DNA from: Gemmatimonadaceae bacterium
GTDB lineage: Bacteria > Gemmatimonadota > Gemmatimonadetes > Gemmatimonadales > Gemmatimonadaceae
Reading direction: 5' to 3'
DNA: 64,000 nt
Assembly (NCBI GenBank): GCA_040901985.1
Contig: JBBDYC010000008.1
Location: forward strand, 144,490 to 208,489
Shown: one piece after another, positions 58,011 to 64,000 of the stretch
Layout of the letters: every line of letters begins with the position of its first letter
How positions within the stretch are numbered: position 1 is the first letter of the stretch
The notes under the pieces: model-generated
Databases searched by the model: none
The model's input: the letters and a program-made list of their open reading frames with translations, nothing else
Told to the model about the DNA's origin: nothing
Translations under genes and position numbers: made by a program

Positions 58011-58582
58011 AGCGGTCCGCCGAGTTCCCTGTAGCGCCGCAACACCGCGCGCCCCTCGTCGCGCAGGAGGCCCTCCACGATCTCGACCCCGCGTTCCCGC
58101 AGGTAGGCGAACGACTGGGCAAAGACCGGGCCCTCGTCGAAGCCGATCGCCAGGGCGTCCTCGCGCGAGGCGGCGATCACGACCCGGGTCACGCCGCTCC
58201 AGAGCGTCGCGCCAAGGCACATCGCGCAGGGCTCGGCGCTGGTGAAGAGCTCGTGCGCCGGACGGCCATCGGCGCCGAGCGTGTAGGAGGCGATCCGCTT
58301 CTGGGCGAGCTGGAACGCGACCATCTCGGCGTGTAACGTGGAGTTGTTGAGCCGCACCACCGAGTTCACGCCGACGCCGATCAGCAGGCCGCTGGCACGC
58401 TCGAAGATGGCGGCTCCGAAGGGGCCGCCGGTACGCCGCTCGACGTTCTCGCGGGCGAGCCGGACGGCGAGGCGCATCCGGGACTCGTCGTCGTCGTACG
58501 GGTGCGTAAAGTCCACCGCCTCGGCCACCCAGGTCGGGAGCGAGACGGCAGTCTCGAGCATCGGCGGACGGTCCCAGCGCAT
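57998..58582 (-). CDS. Nucleoside/guanine deaminase (CDA family)
   Basis: GGPFGA, HAE, EPCAMC, GFDEG. Start at 58582 or 58561. Confidence 0.88.
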   Translation of the reverse strand: MRWDRPPMLETAVSLPTWVAEAVDFTHPYDDDESRMRLAVRLARENVERRTGGPFGAAIFERASGLLIGVGVNSVVRLNNSTLHAEMVAFQLAQKRIASYTLGADGRPAHELFTSAEPCAMCLGATLWSGVTRVVIAASREDALAIGFDEGPVFAQSFAYLRERGVEIVEGLLRDEGRAVLRRYRELGGPLYNG

Positions 58583-58653
58583 CGTGTCGTGGAGTATGCG
58601 CTCCGCCCACCCGCGGCGCTATATTCGGCGCACCCCTCAACCCCCGGCGGCCC

Positions 58654-59931
58654 GTGGCCAGTACGATCCTCCTGCTCGGCTTGCTCTACTTCTTCGCGCA
58701 CTTCCTGTCGAACACGTTCGACCGGTCAAAAGTGCCGGACGTGCTCGTGCTGATGATCCTCGGAATCATCGTCGGCCCGGTGCTGAAGTGGACGTCGCCG
58801 GACGCGTTCGGCAACGTCGGGAGCGTGCTGACCACGGTCGCGCTGGCGGTGATCCTGTTCGAGAGCGGGACGACGCTCAACCTCGGGGACATCGCCCGCT
58901 CGGCGCGGAGCACGCTGCAGGTGACACTGGTGACGGCGTTCGGGACGATCGCGGTCGTGGGCGTGGTGGCGGCGATCGTGCTCGAACTGCCGCCCCTCAG
59001 CGCGTTCATCCTCGGGGCGATCGCGTCGGGGACCTCGGCGGCGGTGGTGATCCCGATGGTGAAGGTCCTCCGGGTCCGGGAGCGCGCCGGCACGGTGATG
59101 ATCCTCGAGTCGGCGATCACCGACGTGACGTCCATCGTCATCACGGTCGCGCTGCTGCAGGCGGCAGTGCAGGGGGAGATGCACGTGGGCCGGATGATCG
59201 GGCAGACGCTTTCCTCGCTGGTCTTCGCGGCCGTGATTGGGGTTGCCGGCGGCATCGGCTGGCTGATGATCTGGCAGAAGGTGCGCGAGTTCCCGACGAC
59301 GATCTTCACGACGCTGGCGTCGGCCTTCGTGCTCTACGGGTTCGCCGAGTTGCTCGGCTTCGCCGGCGCGATCGCCGTGCTGGCCTACGGGATCACGCTC
59401 TCGAACCACGAGCAGTTCAGGCGGACGGGCCTCTTCAAGGAGCGTCCGTTCTCGGGCGTGACGCCGGTTGAGTCGGACTTCTACAAGGAGATCGTCTTTC
59501 TCCTCAAGACCTTCTTCTTTGTCTATCTCGGGATCTCGATGCGGATCACCGACGTGTCACTCCTCGCCGCGGCGGTGGCGCTGATGGCACTGGTCTACAT
59601 CGGCCGCCTGGTTGTCGCGCCGTTCATCCTGCCGCGCACGATCAACCGCCGCGACGCCTCGGTGATCGCGGTGATGATCCCGAAGGGGCTCGCCGCCGCC
59701 GTGCTCGCCGGCCTGCCGCTCGAGGCCGGCGTCGCGGGCGGCGAGATCATCCAGGCCACGACGTACGCGATTGTCCTCGTGAGCATCACCCTCACGGCGC
59801 TCCTCGTGACGATCAAGGACGTCCCGCCGCTGGCACAGGTCTTCGGCCGCGTGCTCGGCGACTTCCCCGAGACCGTGCCCGACGACGGCCCGCGACTGAC
59901 CCCGACGGTCGGGACGCCGCCGGTCGAGTGA
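58654..59931 (+). CDS. Cation:proton antiporter (CPA1, NhaP-like)
   Basis: Multiple TM helices; LFESG, TSAAVV, ESAITD, PKGLAAA. Confidence 0.88.
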   Translation: MASTILLLGLLYFFAHFLSNTFDRSKVPDVLVLMILGIIVGPVLKWTSPDAFGNVGSVLTTVALAVILFESGTTLNLGDIARSARSTLQVTLVTAFGTIAVVGVVAAIVLELPPLSAFILGAIASGTSAAVVIPMVKVLRVRERAGTVMILESAITDVTSIVITVALLQAAVQGEMHVGRMIGQTLSSLVFAAVIGVAGGIGWLMIWQKVREFPTTIFTTLASAFVLYGFAELLGFAGAIAVLAYGITLSNHEQFRRTGLFKERPFSGVTPVESDFYKEIVFLLKTFFFVYLGISMRITDVSLLAAAVALMALVYIGRLVVAPFILPRTINRRDASVIAVMIPKGLAAAVLAGLPLEAGVAGGEIIQATTYAIVLVSITLTALLVTIKDVPPLAQVFGRVLGDFPETVPDDGPRLTPTVGTPPVE

Positions 59932-59953
59932 CCGGCGGGCCGTGGGCGGATCG

Positions 59954-61099
59954 CTAGACCAGCACCCGCCGGAAGATCGCGACCGCCTGCCGCATCTCGG
60001 CCATCGTGCCGATCGAGATGCGCGTGTGGTTGGTCAGGGGCGGGAACGGCCGGCCGACGGCAATGCCTTCGGTGAGGCAGGAATCGCGGAACTGCCGGCC
60101 GTCCCGCCGGATGTCCACCAGCACGAAGTTCGTCTGCGAGGGCATCACGCTGAAGCCGGCCTCGGTGAACCAGCGCGTCGTGAACGCGCGCGCCTCGCGG
60201 TTGAGCTCCTGTTCGCGCCGCATCTGCGCCGGCTCGCCGAGCGACGCGATCGCCGCCGCCTGCGCCAGCGCGCCGACGCCGTTGGCGAGCCGCAGCCGCT
60301 CCATCCGCCCGAGCGTCGCCGGCTGGCCGAAGGCGTAACCGACCCGCATGCCGGCCAGCCCGTAGATCTTCGAGAAGGTCCGGCTGATGAAGACGCGCGG
60401 CTGCGTGGCAATCAGCGGAAGCGCCGACGCATACGACGGGTCGTCCACGAACTCGTGGTAGGCCTCGTCCACGAGGATCACGACCTCGGCATCGGCGGCG
60501 AGCACGGCGCGGATGAACGCGTCCACCCGTTCCTTGCCGTGCACGTGCCCGGTCGGGTTGTTCGGGTTGCAGAGGAAGACGAGCCCGGCGCCGCGCGATT
60601 CACGCGCCATCCGGTCGAGGTCAATGGCCAGACCGGCGTCGAGCGGCACCTCGCGGAATGGCAGTCCGAGCGTCCGCGCATATTGGGCCGGGGTCTCAAA
60701 GCTCGGGGCGGCGGTGACGAGATGCCGGGTCGGCGAACAGAACGCCTGCACGGCCAGCCGGAGGATCTCCCCGGAGCCGGAGCCGAGCATCACTTGGTCG
60801 GCGGCGACGCCGTTGGCACTGGCGATCGCCGCGCGCACGGCACCCTCGGTGCTCGCCGGGTAGTGCGCCGCCGTGTGGAACGCGTCGGTCATCGCGCGGA
60901 TCGCCGCCGGCACGGGGCCGTTGGGATTCTCGTTCGAGTGGAGTCGGATGATGGCGCGCGCCCGGGCGAGTCGCGCCGCCTCGGCGGGCGAGGCCGTGGC
61001 GGCCTCGAGGCCGCGCGCGCTCACCCACGCCGGCAGGGTCAGGGCGCCGGCTCCACCGACGCCAAGGGCACGTACGAACGCGCGACGAGAGACCGCCAT
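59954..61099 (-). CDS. Tat-exported PLP aminotransferase class I/II (HisC-like)
   Basis: SRRAFV twin-Arg signal; SNENP, CNPNNPTG, DEAY, SRTFSKIYGLAGMRVG. Confidence 0.87.
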   Translation of the reverse strand: MAVSRRAFVRALGVGGAGALTLPAWVSARGLEAATASPAEAARLARARAIIRLHSNENPNGPVPAAIRAMTDAFHTAAHYPASTEGAVRAAIASANGVAADQVMLGSGSGEILRLAVQAFCSPTRHLVTAAPSFETPAQYARTLGLPFREVPLDAGLAIDLDRMARESRGAGLVFLCNPNNPTGHVHGKERVDAFIRAVLAADAEVVILVDEAYHEFVDDPSYASALPLIATQPRVFISRTFSKIYGLAGMRVGYAFGQPATLGRMERLRLANGVGALAQAAAIASLGEPAQMRREQELNREARAFTTRWFTEAGFSVMPSQTNFVLVDIRRDGRQFRDSCLTEGIAVGRPFPPLTNHTRISIGTMAEMRQAVAIFRRVLV

Positions 61100-61143
61100 C
61101 AGACGCTCCGGAACGGGATGTCGGAGAAGCTACAGCGTCCCGG

Positions 61144-62331
61144 TCACCGCGCCAGCGCGGGGAGCTCGCGCCAGAGCACGACGGCGCCCGCCGCGCCCAT
61201 CGCCACGGCGACGACGATCCCCGCCGCGGAGAGCCAGCGGGGATGCCGGTAGTCCCCCACAATGCCGGAGCGGCGGGCGGCGATGAGCATCGTGCCCAGC
61301 GCCAGCGGGAGGATCAGCCCGTTCAGCGCGCCGACGAGGATAAGCGTGCGCACCGGCCGCCCGATCAGGACGAATGCAAGGGCGCTCACCGCGATGAAGG
61401 CGACCACGACGCGGGTCCACTGGCGGTCGAGCGCCCCGTGCAGCCCGCGCAGGAAAGACACCGAGGTGTACGCCGCGCCGACGATGCTCGTCACCGCCGC
61501 CGCCCACATCACCACGCCGAAGAGTCGGAACCCGAGCTCGCCGGTGGCGTGCCGGAAGACGCTCGCCGGCGGGTTGGCCGGGTCAAGCGCCAGCCCGCGG
61601 TGCACGACGCCGAGCGCCGCGAGGAAAAGCACCACCCGCATCAGCGAGGCGATGCCGATTGCGAGGAGGGCCGAGCGGGTGACCTGCCCCAGCGATTCCC
61701 GCCCCGCGATGCCGGCGTCCACCAGCCGGTGCGCGCCGGCAAACGTGATGTAGCCGCCGACCGTCCCGCCGACGATCGTGACGATTGCCAACAGGTCCAC
61801 GCGCTCGGGCACAAAGGTGCGGTGGACGGCCTCGCCGAGGGGCGGCGCCGAGGCCACCGCGACGTACCAGGTGAGTGCGACGAGCACGGCGCCGAGCGCC
61901 ATCGCGAACCGGTCCATCGCCCGCCCGGCCTCCTTGACGAGGAAGATCGTGATCGCGATCGCGCCACTGATCACCGCGCCGACGGCGACCGGGATCCCGA
62001 GGACGACCTGCAGCCCGAGCCCCGCCCCGGCGACGTTGCCGATGTTGAACGCCAGCCCGCCGAGGGCCACCAGGAGCGCGAGCGCCGTGCCGAGTCCCGG
62101 CGCCACGTCGTCAGCGATCGCCGGCGCGCGACGGCCACTCACCGCGATCACGCGCCAGATGTTCAGTTGCGCGACGAGGTCAATCACGATGCTGACGAGA
62201 ATCGCAAATCCGAAGCTTGCCCCGAGCCGTTCGGTGAAGACCGCGGTCTGGGTGAGGAAGCCCGGCCCGATGGCCGAGGTGGCCATCAGGAAGGCGGCGC
62301 CGATCAGGACGCGGCGGAATCCAGTGCGCAA
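61144..62331 (-). CDS. NRAMP-related transporter (YcsG-like)
   Basis: FLMATSAIGPGFLTQT, GGTVGGYITFAGAHR; about 11 TM segments. Confidence 0.85.
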   Translation of the reverse strand: MRTGFRRVLIGAAFLMATSAIGPGFLTQTAVFTERLGASFGFAILVSIVIDLVAQLNIWRVIAVSGRRAPAIADDVAPGLGTALALLVALGGLAFNIGNVAGAGLGLQVVLGIPVAVGAVISGAIAITIFLVKEAGRAMDRFAMALGAVLVALTWYVAVASAPPLGEAVHRTFVPERVDLLAIVTIVGGTVGGYITFAGAHRLVDAGIAGRESLGQVTRSALLAIGIASLMRVVLFLAALGVVHRGLALDPANPPASVFRHATGELGFRLFGVVMWAAAVTSIVGAAYTSVSFLRGLHGALDRQWTRVVVAFIAVSALAFVLIGRPVRTLILVGALNGLILPLALGTMLIAARRSGIVGDYRHPRWLSAAGIVVAVAMGAAGAVVLWRELPALAR

Positions 62332-62374
62332 CCGATCTCCCAGGTGACGAGTGCGGCGGCGTTGACGCCGGCGC

Positions 62375-64000
62375 TCAGCGTGCGAACGGCGCCGCGGCGT
62401 GCACGATGCGTCCGCCGACGACGGTCAACAGCGCCTTCACGTCCTTGAGCCGCTCCGGCGCAATCGCAAAGAGGTCGTGGTCGAGCACCACGAGGTCCGC
62501 CAGCATCCCGACGGCCACCGGCCCCTTGATCGCCTCCTCGCCGGCTGCCCAGGCATTGTTCACGGTGTAGGCGCGCAACGACGTCTCGAGGTCGAGGCGC
62601 TCCTCCGGAAACCAGCCGCCCTCCGGCTGGCCATCGAGCGTGCGGCGCGTCACCGCCGCGTAGAGGATCTTCATCGGGTCCGCCGTATACCAGGACGCGT
62701 TCGTCCCCGGCCAGTCGGACCCGAACGTGAGCATCACGCCGGCGTCGTGGAGCGTGCGGAAGGCGTAGGCCCAGCGTGCGCGCTCGCCGATCCGCTCCTC
62801 CATCCACCGCATGTCGTCAATCGCGTGGTACGGCTGCACCTCGGCGATGATCCCGAGCCGGGCGTAGCGCTCCGCCACGTGCGCGCCGCGCAGCACCTGC
62901 GAGTGGATGATGCGGAAGCGCCGCTCCCGCTCGGGATTCTCGCGCATCACCGTCTCGTAGAGCGTCAGCAGGGTGTCAATCGCCTCGTCACCGATGGCGT
63001 GGACCTGCGGCCAGAGGCCGGCCCGGTCGGCGCCGTGGAGGTTGCGGAGCATATTGCCCGCCGGCTGCATCCCCGAGCCGGCGCCGCTCGTGGCGCCGGT
63101 GTTGGTGGAGTCGCGCCAGCTGCCGCGTTCGCCGGAGTGCAGCTGCGGCTCATAGAACCGCGCGGTCGAGTTCCCCTGGATGCCGTCCACGAAGCCCTTG
63201 AGGCCACCGATCCGGAGCCACTCGTCGCCAAAGCCGTGCGGGATCCCGACCGCGGTCAGCTCGTCCCACTTGTCGAGGGTCGGGCGCGCGTAGACGCGGA
63301 CGGTGAGCTCGCCGAGTTCCTTGAGCGCGTGGTACACGGGGAACTGCTCGCGCGGGGTGATGTCGTGGATCCCGGTGACGCCCATCTCGTTGAGGTGCGC
63401 GATCGCCACGCGGGCCTCGCGCAGGCGCTGCTCGAACGACTTGGGCGGGATTGCCGCGCGCACCCGGCGGAGCGCCTCGCCGCTGACGCGTCCGGTGGCG
63501 CGGCCACCCTGGCACTCGAGCCCGGCCACCGGCTCGTCACAGGAGAGGCCGGCCGCAGCGAGCGCGATGGCGTTCGCCAGATATGCCGAACGGTCCCAGC
63601 GCTGGAGGAGCAGCGGCGTCCGGGGGGTGATCGAGTCCACGATGCTGCGGTCGGGGGAGAATCGCCGCCGTGCCGCGCCGGGCGCCGGGGCGGCGCCGGC
63701 GCTCTGCGCGCGCCAGTCCTCGTAGGCGCCCCAGTCGCCGCCGGTGATCCAGGCGTCGGCCGGCAGCCGGTCGCGCGCCGCCTTTACGCGTGCCGCAAAC
63801 GCCCGCGGCTCGGCCACGTCGAGGAGGTTCACGCCGAGCAGGAGCGCGCCGGCCTGGCCAAAGTGCGTGTGGTTGTCAATGAAGCCCGGCGTGGCGAAGC
63901 GCCCCCCGAGCGCAATCACGCGCGTGCGCCCGGTGCGATGGGGCGCGACATCGGCATCGGAGCCGACGGCGATGAACTTCCCGTCGCGGATCGCGACCGC
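62375..64000 (-). CDS. YtcJ-like amidohydrolase (5' end outside the window)
   Basis: GFIDNHTH, KGFVDG, VHAIGD, RIIHSQ, FGSDW, ADLVVLD. Confidence 0.9.
   Translation of the reverse strand, partial: AVAIRDGKFIAVGSDADVAPHRTGRTRVIALGGRFATPGFIDNHTHFGQAGALLLGVNLLDVAEPRAFAARVKAARDRLPADAWITGGDWGAYEDWRAQSAGAAPAPGAARRRFSPDRSIVDSITPRTPLLLQRWDRSAYLANAIALAAAGLSCDEPVAGLECQGGRATGRVSGEALRRVRAAIPPKSFEQRLREARVAIAHLNEMGVTGIHDITPREQFPVYHALKELGELTVRVYARPTLDKWDELTAVGIPHGFGDEWLRIGGLKGFVDGIQGNSTARFYEPQLHSGERGSWRDSTNTGATSGAGSGMQPAGNMLRNLHGADRAGLWPQVHAIGDEAIDTLLTLYETVMRENPERERRFRIIHSQVLRGAHVAERYARLGIIAEVQPYHAIDDMRWMEERIGERARWAYAFRTLHDAGVMLTFGSDWPGTNASWYTADPMKILYAAVTRRTLDGQPEGGWFPEERLDLETSLRAYTVNNAWAAGEEAIKGPVAVGMLADLVVLDHDLFAIAPERLKDVKALLTVVGGRIVHAAAPFAR

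Noticed and set aside
57998..58582. Assigning tadA to the deaminase
   Set aside because: GGPFGA and GFDEG look more like the guanine-deaminase-like branch; the substrate cannot be determined here.
59954..61099. Assigning the symbol hisC
   Set aside because: The Tat signal and the absence of his genes nearby argue against the biosynthetic enzyme.
1..64000. tRNA, rRNA, known riboswitches, prophage or defence island
   Set aside because: No recognisable signatures; composition looks uniform and gene content is core metabolism.

Overview
A very GC-rich (roughly 70% by eye), densely coding chromosomal segment with about 62 protein genes. I found no rRNA, tRNA, CRISPR array, transposase, integrase or prophage. 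Gene content (paired Hanks-type Ser/Thr kinases, Ig-repeat/leishmanolysin-like lipoproteins, fused E1 alpha-beta, a Tat-exported HisC-like enzyme) suggests Gemmatimonadota; this is inference. Most genes are housekeeping or catabolic: glpD, fadIJ, proline dehydrogenase, rsgA, pdxH, an ECF sigma/anti-sigma pair, phhA, nadE, PBP1A, lon, pfkA, sthA, ispH, fahA, an ABC-F protein and MscS. The strongest unexplained signals are: (1) a Tyr-rich leader peptide with terminator/antiterminator upstream of phenylalanine hydroxylase, a probable tyrosine-sensing attenuator; (2) a DEAH-type helicase whose motif Ia appears to lie before Walker A; (3) three adjacent lipoproteins, two of them M8-like metalloproteases, sharing a C-terminal motif; (4) a tandem pair of kinase-2TM-coiled-coil paralogues divergent from an insertion-bearing Lon; (5) dispersed anti-Shine-Dalgarno-like heptamer arrays abutting start codons; (6) many apparent leaderless promoters; (7) a structured leader in front of a small HNH nuclease. 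All calls come from reading motifs by eye; no database searches were run and start codons are best estimates.
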